Shown: in pieces, positions 12,492-23,143 of the stretch
How the letters are laid out: each line of letters begins with the position of its first letter
How positions within the stretch are numbered: position 1 is the first letter of the stretch
Source: the human T2T-CHM13v2.0 reference genome, Homo sapiens
Length of the DNA: 64,000 nt
Reading direction: 5' to 3' (one strand)
Assembly: GCF_009914755.1 (NCBI RefSeq)
Contig: NC_060926.1
Made by a program: the position numbers and the translations under genes
The notes under the pieces: model-generated
The model's input: only the letters and a program-made list of their open reading frames with translations
What the model was told of the DNA's origin: nothing
Databases searched by the model: none

Positions 12492-14700
12492 GGGTGCCCG
12501 GGGCAAGTGCCAGCTCATGTCATCACCCTCACTGAGCTCTGGGTACGTTTAACCATTGAAGGCCAGGAAATTGACTTCCACCTGGACACTGGTGCAGCCT
12601 TCTCAGTGTTAATCTCCTGTCCTGGACGACGGTCCTCAAGGTCCATTACCATCCGAGGAATCCTGGGACAGCCTGTAACCAGGTATTTCTCCCACCTCCT
12701 GAGTTGTAATTGGGAGACTTTGCTCTTTTCACATGCCTTTCTCGTTATGCCTGAAAGTCCCACACCCTTATTAGGGAGAGATATATTAGCCAAAGCTGGA
12801 GCTATTACCTACATGAATATGGGGAACAAGTTACCCATTTGTTGTCCCCTACTTGAGGAGGGAATCAACCCTGAAGTCTCTGCATTGGAAGGACAATTTG
12901 GAAGGGCAAAAAATGCCCACCCAGTTCAAATCAGGCTAAAAGACTCCACTACTTTTCCTTATCAAAGGCAATATCCCTTAAGGCCTGAAGCTCATAAAGG
13001 ATTACAGGATATTGTTAAACATTTAAAAGCTCAAAGCTTAGTAAGGAAATGCAGCAGTCCCTGCAACACCCCAATTCTAGGAGTACAAAAACCGAATGGT
13101 CAGTGGAGATCTTAGACTAGTGCAAGATCTTAGACTCATCAGTGAGGCAGTAATTCCTCTATATCCAGTTGTACCCAACCCCTATACCCTGCTCTCTCAA
13201 ATACCAGAGAAAGCAGAATGGTTCACTGTTCTGGACCTCAAGAATGTCTTCTTCTGTATTCCCCTGCACTCTGACTCCCAGTTTCTCTTTGTCTTTGAGG
13301 ATCCCACAGACCACATGTCCCAACTTATGTGGACGGTCTTATGCCAAGGGTTTAGGGATAGCCCTCATCTGTTTGGTCAGGCACTGGCCCATGATCTAGG
13401 CCACTTCTCAAGTCCAGGCACTCTGGTCCTTCAGTATGTGGATGACTTACTTTTGGCTATCAGTTCGGAAGCCTCATGCCAGCAGGCTACTCTAGATCTC
13501 TTGAACTTTCTAGCTAATCAAGGGTACAAGGCATCTAGGTCGAAGGCCCAGCTTTGCCTACAGCAGGTCAAATATCTAGGCCTAATCTTAGCTAGAGGGA
13601 CCAGTGCCCTCAGCAAGGAATGAATACAGCCTATACTGGCTTATCCTCACCCTAAGACAAAACAGTTACGGGGGTTCCTTGGCATCACCAGCTTTTGTTG
13701 ACTATGGATCCCCGGATACAGCAAGATGGCCAGACCACTCTATGCTCTAATCAAGGAGACCCAGAGGGCAGATACTCATCTAGTAGAATAGGAACCAGAG
13801 GCAGAAACAGCCTTCAAAACCTTAAAGCAGGCCCTACTACAAGCTCCAGCTTTAAGCCTTCTCACAGGACAACACTTCTCTTTATACGTCAGAGAGAGAG
13901 CAGGGATAGCTCTTGGAGTCCTTACTCAGACTCGTGGGACAACCCCACAACCAGCGGCATACCTAAGTAAGAAAACTGATGTAGTAGCAAAAGGCTGGCC
14001 TCACTGTTTATGAGTGGTTGTGGCAGTGGCCATCTTAGTGTCAGAGGCTATCAAAATAATACAAGGAAAGGATCTCACTGTCTGGACTACTCATGATGTA
14101 AATGGCATAGTAGGTGCCAAAGGAAGTTTATAGCTATCAGACAACCGCCTACTTAGATAGCAGATGCTACTCCTTGAGCAACCGGTGCTTCAAATATGTA
14201 CATGTGTGGCCCTCAGCCCTGCCATTTTTCTCCCAGAGGATGGGGAACCAATCGAGCATGACTGCTGACAAATTATAGTCCAGATTTATGCCACCTGAGA
14301 TGATCTCTTAGAAGTCCCCTTAGCTAATCCTGAACTTAACCTATATACTGATGAAAGTTCATTTGTGGAAAATGGGATATGAAGGGCAGGTTATGCCATA
14401 GTTAATGATGCAACCGTACTTGAAAGTAAGCCTCTTCTCCTAGGGAGCAGCACCCAGTTAGCAGAACTAGTGGCACTTACCTGAGCCTTAAAACTGAGAA
14501 AGGGAAAAAGAATAAATGTGTGTATACAGATAGCAAGTATGCTTATCTATTCCTACATGCCCATGCTGCAATATGGAAAGAAAGGGAGTTCCTAACCTCT
14601 AGGGGAACCCCCATTAAATACCACAAGGAAATTATGGAGTTATTGCACGCAGTACAAAAATCCAAAGAGGTGGCAGTCTCACACCGCCGAAGCCATCAAA
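12492..14700 (+). pseudogene. ERV9 pro-pol (protease, RT, RNase H), disrupted; integrase not seen
   Basis: LDTGA protease motif; QGFRDSP and QYVDDLLL RT motifs; YTDSKYA RNase H motif; several in-frame stops. Confidence 0.9.
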
Positions 14701-14950
14701 AGGGGAAGGAGAAGGGAGAACAGCAGCATAAGCAGCTGGCAGAGGCAGGGAAAGACCAGCAGAAAGGAAAGAGAGAAAGAGACAGAAAGTCAGAGAGAGA
14801 GAGGAAGAGACAGAGACAAAGAGGAAGTCAGAGAGAAAGAGAAACAGTGAGAGAGGGGAAGAGACAAAGAGGAAGTCAGAAAGAGAAAAAAAGAGAGACA
14901 AAAAAGAAGTCAAAGAGAAAGAAAAAGAAATGGAAGTAGTAAAGAAAAAA
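14700..14950 (+). repeat. Purine-rich (GA-rich) low-complexity tract within the provirus
   Basis: Degenerate gagacagaaagtcagagagaga units over about 250 bp. Confidence 0.85.
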
Positions 14951-15366
14951 GTGTACCCTAGTCCTTTAAAAGCCAGGGTAAATTTAAAACCTATAATTGA
15001 TAATTGAAGGTCTTCTCTGTAACCCTATAACACTCCAATACCACCTTGCTGTCAGAGTAAACAAGGACATAGCCTGAAAGCACTGAGGTCACTGACAACC
15101 AGTAGCCTTCCTATCAAAAATCCTTAACCCAGCAGGTTTCCTAACAGGGGATCTAAATCTTAACTAATTACTATACAAAGGTCCGACCAGACCTAGGAGG
15201 AACTCCCTTCAGGACAGGACGATAGATGGTTCCTCCCAAGCAATTAAGGGAAAAAGACACAATGGGTATTCAGTAAGTGATAAGCAAAAAAAAAAAAAAA
15301 AAAAAAAATTTTAAAATCCCAAACTTACAAGGTTTTCAACAAAAGTTTGCTAAAAGTTAACAGTGT

Positions 15367-16573
15367 TGGGGAGGAGTGGCAGCGGCAAGGCAGCCCAGTT
15401 TCGTGAAGGCTCTTGGCGCGCCGCGGCCCGCAGGCACCTGGCACGCGCCTTCCCCGCCGCCAGGATGCCCAAGAGGAAGGTCAGCTCCGCTGAAGCCGCT
15501 GCCAAGGAAGAGCCCAAGAGGAGATCGGCGCGGTTGTCAGCTAAACCTCCTGCAAAAGTGGAAGCAAAGCCGAAAAAGGCAGCAGCGAAGGATAAATCTT
15601 CAGACAAAAACGTGCAAACAAAAGGGAAAAGGGGAGCAAAGGGAAAACAGGCCGAAGTGGCTAACCAAGAAACTAAAGAAGATTTACCTGCAGAAAATGG
15701 GGAAACGAAAACTGAGGAGAGTCCAGCCTCTGATGAAGCAGGAGAGAAAGAAGCCAAGTCTGATTAATAACCATATACCATGTCTTATCAGTGGTCCCTG
15801 TCTCCCTTCTTGTACAATCCAGAGGAATATTTTTATCAACTATTTTGTAAATGCAAGTTTTTTAGTAGCTCTAGAAACATTTTTAAGAAGGAGGGAATCC
15901 CACCTCATCCCATTTTTTAAGTGTAAATGCTTTTTTTTAAGAGGTGAAATCATTTGCTGGTTGTTTATTTTTTGGTACAACCAGAAAATAGTGTGGGATA
16001 TTGAATTATGGGAGGCTCTGATTGTCTCGGGTGTCAGCTTAACATTCCATAGATGGGGGGTTAGTTTTTATATCCTATAATACAAAGCATATTAAATGGC
16101 AATATGGAGTCAGTCCTGCATTTAATGTCTTGAACATTTTAAATTACTTCTATTACCATGTTGTTTTTTAGTAGAATTGTTTCCTAAAGAAAACCACTCT
16201 TTGATCATGGCTCTCTCTGCCAGAATTGTGTGCACTCTGTAACATCTTTGGTTGTGGTAGTCCTGTTTTCCTAATAACTTTGTTACTGTGCTGTGAAAGA
16301 TTACAAATTTGAATATGTAGTGTACGTGCTATTGAGTTGTGAACTGGTGGGCTGTATGTAACAGCTGACCAACATGTGAAGATACTGGTACTTGATAGCC
16401 TCTTAAGGAAAATTTGCTTCCAAATTTTAAGCTGGAAAGTCACTGGAATAACTTTAAAAAATAATTACAATACATGGCTTTTTAGAATTTCGTTATGTAT
16501 GTTAAGATTTGTGTACAAATTGAAATGTCTGTACGATCCTCAACCAATGAAATCTCAATTATGAAAAAAAAAA
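15367..16573 (+). pseudogene. HMGN1: HMGN1 processed pseudogene/retrocopy (5'UTR, CDS, full 3'UTR, poly(A)); possibly the locus annotated HMGN1P36 (from memory, unverified)
   Basis: Intronless; poly(A) at 16564-16574; direct repeat AGTGT at 15362-15366 and 16574-16578; ERV sequence resumes on both sides. Confidence 0.95.
15465..15767 (+). CDS. Intact 100-aa HMGN1-like ORF of the retrocopy (translation unproven)
   Basis: MPKRKVSSAE...EPKRRSARLSAKP...EKEAKSD*. The nucleosome-binding core RRSARLSA is intact; it differs from recalled human HMGN1 only at G11A and K49N. Confidence 0.7.
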   Translation: MPKRKVSSAEAAAKEEPKRRSARLSAKPPAKVEAKPKKAAAKDKSSDKNVQTKGKRGAKGKQAEVANQETKEDLPAENGETKTEESPASDEAGEKEAKSD

Positions 16574-16654
16574 AGTGTAACATATATTATCCTAACTTCT
16601 AATCTTATGGAAATCAGACATAGGGTCTGTGCCCCTCAAAGCTCAAGTGTCTCA

Positions 16655-17334
16655 GCACAGGGCCATACAACTAACACCCCTACTTATAGGGTTAGAGATG
16701 GCCACTGCTACAGGAACCAGAATAGCAGGTTTATCTACATCATTATCCTACTACCACAAACTCTCAAAGGATTTCTCAGACAGTTTGCAAGAAATAATGA
16801 AATCTATCCTTACTCTACAATCCCAAATAGACTCTTTGGCAGCAGTGACTCTCCAAAACTGCTGAGGCCTAGACCTCCTCACTGCTGAGAAAGGAGGACT
16901 TTGCACCTTCTTAGGAGAAGAGTGTTTTTTTACACTAACCAGTCAGGGATACTACAGCGTTTACAGGAAAAGGCTTCTGAAATCAGACAACGCCTTTCAA
17001 ACTCTTTCAATGCCTTTCCAACTCTTATACCAACCTCTGGAGTTGGGGAACATGGCATCTTCCCTTTCTAGGTCCTGTGACAGCCATCTTGCTATTACTC
17101 GCCTTTGGGCCCTGTATTTTTAATCTCCTTGTCAAATTTGTTTCCTCTACGATCGAGGCCATCAAGCTACAGATGGTCTTACAAATGGAACCCCAAATAA
17201 GCTCAACTAACAACTTCTACCAAGGACCCCTGGATCGACCCACTGGCCCTTTGACTGGCCTAGACAGTTCCCCTCTGGAGGACACTACCACTGCAGGGTC
17301 CCTTCTTTGCCCTTATCCAGTAGGAAGTAGCTAG
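16655..17334 (+). pseudogene. ERV9 env remnant (TM subunit only), disrupted
   Basis: Fusion peptide AIQLTPLLIGL; ISD-like LQNC*GLDLLTAEKGGLCTFLGEEC; membrane anchor AILLLLAFGPCIFNLLVKFVSS; SU not seen. Confidence 0.88.
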
Positions 17335-17379
17335 AATGATCATTGCCCAATTCCCAACAGCAGTTGGGGTGTCCTATTT

Positions 17380-17390
17380 AGAGGGGGGAT
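17380..17390 (+). promoter_or_regulatory. Polypurine tract
   Basis: AGAGGGGGGAT immediately before the TG of the 3' LTR. Confidence 0.85.
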
Positions 17391-18008
17391 TGAGAGGGGA
17401 AGCCAGCTGGATTTCCTGGGTTGAGTGGAGACTTGGAGAACTTTTCTGTCTAGCTAGAGGACTGTAAACACACCAATCAGTGCTCTGTGCCTAGCTAAAG
17501 GATTGTAAATGCAACAATCAGCACTCTGTAAAAATGCACCCATCAGCGCTCTGTATCTAGCTAAAGGATTGTAAATGCACCAATCAGCACTCGGTAAAAA
17601 CGCACCAATCAGCGCTCTGTGTCTAGCTAAAGGATTGTAAATGCACTAATCAGCACTCTGTAAAAATGCACCAGTCAGCACTGTGTCTAGCTAAAGGATT
17701 GTAAATGCAACAATCAGCACTCTGTAAAATGGACCAATCAGCGCTCTGTAAAATGGACGAATCAGCAGAACATGGCGGGGAGCCAAATAACGGAATAAAA
17801 GCTAGCCACCCAAGCCAGCAGAGGCAACTAGGGTCCCCTTCCACGCTGTGGAAGCTTTGTTCTTTCGCTCTTAATAAATCTTGCTGCTGTTCACTCTTTG
17901 GGTCCGCACCACCTTTAAGAGCTGTAACACTCACAACGAAGGTCTATGGCTTCATTCTTCAAGTCAGAGAGACCAAGAACCCACCAGAAGGAACCAACTC
18001 TGGACACA
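17391..18008 (+). promoter_or_regulatory. 3' LTR (LTR12 family), expanded CCAAT array, AATAAA at 17873-17878
   Basis: TG...CA termini, homologous to the 5' LTR, followed by TSD CAAT. Confidence 0.9.
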
Positions 18009-19399
18009 CAATGAAGGCTTGACCATTTTTCAATATGCTTAAAGGCTAGAAGTGGGAGTTCATCAACAACAAGCACAATATTTTTTGAGTGTTATCAGCC
18101 TGTACAACACCAAGCCAGAAATAGCAAAGCAAGGATGTTTGTTAAAATATAGTCACTATTAGTAAGAATTTAAAATAGTTGATGAAATTTTTTTCATGTG
18201 AAACACACCACTTTAAGATTTTCCTTACCAGATAAAAACTTTACATTAGTATTGCTACCTTAAAATACGCTGCAGTAATAACAAAGAAATATTCAACTGA
18301 AAACTCATGTTTTATACAAATGGTCTGAATTCTTCACTCATTATCAGTTAAAAAAAAAAAAAAAAAAAAAAAAACCAAACCCAAATTGTTAAAACCCATT
18401 TTCCAGGGAAACAAAAAGCCAACAAACAAACCCAAGACAAAACACTTAAGTAGCTGGCCCATTCTGGTGGCTTTAAATGACAACTCATACACAATCAACA
18501 CCTTGTAGTAAGCATATTTATACAACAACCTGTTAGTGACTATTGCTAACTCAAAGATAATCAAGAAGTATAAAACTATTGCAAGTTTCCCAGGAAAGGC
18601 AGTTCGCAAGCTTGCATATGTTCTAAATATAGTTCTAGGCTTTTCTCACAACATTCAGACCCAACTAATGCTCAGTAACCCTCAAGTGAAATTCAACGGT
18701 CCGGAACATTCTAAAACTGCTTATAAAAGCACTTGAGCAAATAAGGAAAAAAGCACTTTCAGCATTTAACATTGTATTTCTAATAATTTGTGTATGAGTT
18801 CACTAAAGCATATGTTAAGCTGATATTATGATTCCGATTTGTTAATTACCAAGGGAAACCTCATGCAAACATTCCTCTGAAGGCATCTCAGGCAAACTTA
18901 CTCCATCATTTATACAGCACTAATGTTTTGTAAATGCTGAGGAAAGCCATTTTCTCAAAGTTGCATTATAGACATATTAGGAGAGTTTGGACCTGCGCAT
19001 CCTGTCTGTTAGCAGTTGAGGAACTTCTATTTGGAATTGCTTGCTTTAGTAATCCTATATTTAGAAAGAGAATGAATTCCCTGAAGGGGAATTTAAAAAA
19101 AAGATCTCCAGCTTCTAGCACTGCTTAGCAAATCCTGAAAATTCTATGTTTGTGAAACAAAAGGAGACAGGAACCTTTCTAAATATCTATAGTCTCTAAG
19201 CCTGGTGAATTATGCAGAAAATGCTGAAACACACAGGGAAAACCTTAAGAAGAGCTCTGAAAACTCAGTTTCCACGGTAGGTGGGCTTGCCCCATAGCTG
19301 ATAAGGTGGGAAATCTAAGCCACCATCATTTCTCAGGCTGATTGCTAAATCAGATCCCAAGTGGTCTCCTTTGCTTTCTGCCCTTCCATGTCTGTAAGT

Positions 19400-19660
19400 T
19401 CACTCTCCACAAAGTAGCTACAGTGACCTTTTACAACACATAAATCAGATGATGTCACTCTCGTTTAAAATCCTGTAATAATTTCCCATTACACTTAGAA
19501 TAAAATCTAAATATCTCCCAGAGTTCCAGAGAGCCCTGATAAACAGTGAGCTTGATGGGGTAGGGAACCCCAGTGGTCTGATTCACTGCTGTATTCTCAG
19601 TCAGCATAGCAGCTAGCATACAGTTGATGTTCATTAAATATTTATTGAATGGGTGAATGA
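19400..19660 (+). mobile_element. L2 3' fragment
   Basis: aaatcagatgatgtcactc...cacttagaataaaatc...aaatatttattgaatg; boundaries approximate. Confidence 0.6.
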
Positions 19661-19882
19661 AGGCGGGAATAAGAGAAAACTACCAAAACACTGGCAGAGT
19701 TTGGGCTTTGGATATTATAAAAGATACACACATAGGTAGGTACAGATGTAGGTACAGATGTATTATATTAACAGATATATAGGTTTTTAACAGAAATAGA
19801 CTATGCAATTAAAATGATATATTCATAAAGATGTGATTGCTAAGTGACACTGTATAATATACTTTCATGTTTCACATACCTC

Positions 19883-20185
19883 TTTTTTTTTTTTTTTTTT
19901 TTTTTTTGAGACAGTCTCGGTCTGTTGCCCAGGCTGGAGCACAGCGGCGTGATCTTGGCTCACTGCAGCCTCCACCTCTGAGGTTCAGGCAATTCTCCTG
20001 CTTCAGCTTGAGTAGCTGGTACTACAGGCACATGCCACCATGCCCAGCTAATTTTTGTATTTTTGGTAGAGACAGGGTTTCGCCATGTTGGCCAGTCTGG
20101 TCTTGAATTCCTGACTTCAAGTGATCCACCAGCCTCAGCCTCCCAAAGTGCTGGGATTACAGGCGTGAGGCCACCATGCCTGGCC
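19883..20185 (-). mobile_element. Alu (AluS-like)
   Basis: Poly(T) followed by reverse-complement Alu. Confidence 0.95.
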
Positions 20186-21582
20186 TATTTTTGCATTTTT
20201 TATAGTTGTGTAAGTCACTTCCAAAAAAAAAAAAAAAAAAAAAAGCAGCTCTAACTCAGCTTTCCTATCTAGAAAACTAGGACCACTGCACCATATAGGT
20301 ATTAAGTAATACATTTATTACATAGCAGTACTAGCATAGTGCCTGACCCAGTAAGAGCAAAAATGTTCACTTACAATATATCCTAAAACTCCTTAGTGAA
20401 TAAGAAAAAGGACAAACATGGGCCTATTTAATTCCATGTCATAAGTGACCTGAGTACTAGTTCTTCATTCACATTCTTAGGGTTAATTGCCAATTTCATT
20501 TTCCTATAATATGTTTATTGAAAAAGATACTTGTTTCAGTCCATTTATTGTACGTAAAAAGTTAGGCTGGTTTGCTTGGGCTAAGTAAAGGCACTTTCCC
20601 ATCTAGGAGAAATGCTAGGTCAGATATGAAGACAATGCCTGCATCCCGGTCCCACTAGTGAGGAAGGTCACTGCGCATCAGAATGTGGTTACCTGGGAAG
20701 ACCATCTCTTGCTTCCTCGCTGGGGTTTGTATATTCTTCTCTCTTTGGTCTACTCCACCAGCTGGTGATAAAATCTGGGTATGGCCATCGATGGACAAAG
20801 GTCCCTTAAATCTCAAGCCCACATGATCTATATTTCATTTTGTCAGTTCACTGAAGTTAAGTTTCTGGCATCAGCACAAATTATAATAAAAATGTCCTAT
20901 TTTCCTATATAATGATTACACATGTATATATCTTGGGGACCTCATCAGGGAGAGACGTTGTGGGCCAAGGCAAAACTTAGATATCCCTTTTTTTCCTAAA
21001 ACTATCTAACGGCACCTCAATTCCATATGGCCTAAAAGTTACTTACTCTGTATGTATGTGTGAGGGAGAGAGGGCCTTAGTTTATAATGTGCTGCCTACG
21101 GTAACTCAATAACTGCTAGTTAGGGAGCCTGTGACAAGTGTTAACAGCACTTTACCACTACCTACAACATTTTTTTTGCTTATTTTCTTCCCAATTCATC
21201 TGACTCTTCTTCCTCTTTCCTGCCCATACCTTAACTCCAACAACCAAATCTGATGAAATCCTTATAACCTGTTTTTCTATACACATGGCCCACAGATTTT
21301 AGGATTTATCAGAACAGGCCTTTTATATGACTGTGCCTGTATAAGAAACTCATGAACTTTGGTTCAAACTTACTTTGAAAAGATTGCCCATTTCTCTCTC
21401 ATCCTTAAAATCCGGGTGGCTGGGGCAGAACAGGTTTCTCACATCACACTTAGAACCAAAGTGTCACCAGGTCATCACCAAATATAATTATTTTAGAATA
21501 AGGGTTTAATTATTTTTAACTTTGTCATACATTTAAAAACAAAGAATATATAAATTAGGGGAAAAAAGAAGTAAAAACTTAC

Positions 21583-21644
21583 TGTTATTGGTACATCTTT
21601 TGTTCCTGAATTTAATAAATGAAGGTTTAAAACTTTTGGTAGAT
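21583..21644 (-). CDS. TMEM131: TMEM131 exon (62 nt; DLPKVLNLHLLNSGTKDVPIT)
   Basis: Lies within ORF 21493..21696; acceptor taacag and donor ACA|gtaagt; phase 1-0. Confidence 0.93.
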
Positions 21645-21872
21645 CTGTTAAAATTGAGGAAAAGAAATATTTCTTAAAAAGGTGCTTTTTAGCCAAGTTA
21701 GAATCTTTACCTTATAAGATATCAAATTGAAGCTATCAATTTGTGAAATACAATGACAATAAGATTAATAAAAAGAAACATTAGGTGGTAATTGCTTTAC
21801 TCATAAGGACATTGTGTATTATAAGAACTGTTCCCTCTTAAACCAGATTTTTGAAAACCCCAAAATATATAC

Positions 21873-22180
21873 TTTTTTTTTTTTTTTTTAAATGAGACAG
21901 AATCTTGCTCTGTCACCCAGGCTGGAGTACAGTGGGGCATTCTTGGCTCACTGCAACCTCAGCCTCCTGGGTTCAAGTGATCCTCCTACCTCAGCCTCCT
22001 GACTAGCTGGGATTACAGGCATGTACCACCATGCCCAGCAGACTTTTGTATTATTTTTTTAGTAGAGATGGGGTCTCGTCATGTTGGCCAGGCTAGTCTT
22101 GAACTCCTGGCCTCAAGTGCCCTGCCTGCCTCCACCTCCCAAAATGCTGGGATTATAGGCATGAGCCATCATGCCCAGCC
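21873..22180 (-). mobile_element. Alu (AluJ-like)
   Basis: Poly(T) followed by reverse-complement Alu. Confidence 0.92.
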
Positions 22181-22838
22181 CCCCAAATATTATTTTTTTG
22201 TGAAGTCAGACATTACTAATCTTTTAGCTTTCCAGCAAAACATAATGAAGCAAATTAATAATTTACAATGTAAAAATATACTAACAGCAAATCTAATTTT
22301 TAAACATATGGTCTTCAATCTTAACTACATATTATTATATATAGTCCATATACATCCCAAATTACAAGTGCTCTTAGTTTTTCCTTAGCAAAAATCTTTA
22401 CTTAGTTGTTTTTAATTTCAGAATTTGAGTTTTCTGAACAGCTGCAACAAACTTTCAACATTTTGTCAAAATGTAATTTAATAACTCATATCTAAACAAA
22501 ATCCAGAAGTAAAAATCAAGATTCAGCGTAACTGAACTGATGAGCAACTGGATTAAGAAACTAGAAAACTATTTTCTGCCTCAATCTTCCATTTAGATGA
22601 CTTAAATTATCCCATGGCCTTGTTTTCCAACCTGTTAAGCAATGCCACCCACCCCTCAGCGGAATGGGGTATAAACCTGTAAAGGCGCTGAGTCTGAAAA
22701 GGAGATTTGTACAAGATCATGCAACCAACTGAGAAATAATGTTTAAAGCTGAATTACATAGTAGAGCCATTCAGCACTGAATACAGGGGTTAAAAAAAAA
22801 AAAAACTCCATAAAGACTCTTTTAAAAGATTTTTTTAC

Positions 22839-22895
22839 CTTGTGTTCTTAGTGTACCAAAATCTAACATTTCAGTTGAGGAATAAATTCCAGGAG
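22839..22895 (-). CDS. TMEM131: TMEM131 exon (57 nt; APGIYSSTEMLDFGTLRTQ)
   Basis: Acceptor ttccaag and donor AAG|gtaaaa; phase 1-1; 97-nt intron upstream. Confidence 0.93.
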
Positions 22896-22992
22896 CTTGG
22901 AAAAAAGAAAAGTCAACAATTATTTTTCACTTTGCCAGAGTAAGCTATACTGAAAACAAAACAACTTTCGATTTCATCAGTTTTCCACTAAC

Positions 22993-23143
22993 CTGTTGTA
23001 ACTTCAACCTCAACAGGAAGAATGATAAACTCTGTGCTGTCTGAAGCATTAGTCTTTATTCTTATGAAGGCTGTGTGATTATCTGCTTCTCTAGATGAAA
23101 AACTGGCTCTCATCACTCCCTTGGTTTCATAAGGAGGAATTTC
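22993..23143 (-). CDS. TMEM131: TMEM131 exon (151 nt; EIPPYETKGVMRASFSSREADNHTAFIRIKTNASDSTEFIILPVEVEVTT)
   Basis: Lies within ORF 22988..23173; acceptor tgtcag and donor CAG|gttagt; phase 0-1. Confidence 0.95.

Larger units (their letters stand above)
9310..18008 (+). mobile_element. ERV9/HERV9 provirus (two LTR12-type LTRs), defective, antisense to TMEM131
   Basis: LTR-PBS(Arg)-gag-pro-pol-env(TM)-PPT-LTR order; 4-bp TSD CAAT at 9306-9309 and 18009-18012. Confidence 0.93.

Noticed and set aside
12507-13623. 202-aa protease ORF and 175-aa RT ORF as functional or domesticated genes
   Set aside because: Separated by a frameshift, terminated by premature stops, and upstream gag is broken.
15363-15464. 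34-aa N-terminal extension of HMGN1 from a GTG
   Set aside because: The start codon lies in the TSD and the rest is translated 5'UTR; there is no evidence it is used.
15376-16080. 234-aa ORF overlapping HMGN1 in another frame (and the antisense ORF 15350-15757)
   Set aside because: Non-ATG start and no recognisable domain; shadow frames of the low-complexity HMGN1 CDS.
16629-17334. Syncytin-like env gene
   Set aside because: No signal peptide or SU, a stop in the ISD and frameshifts; only a TM remnant remains.
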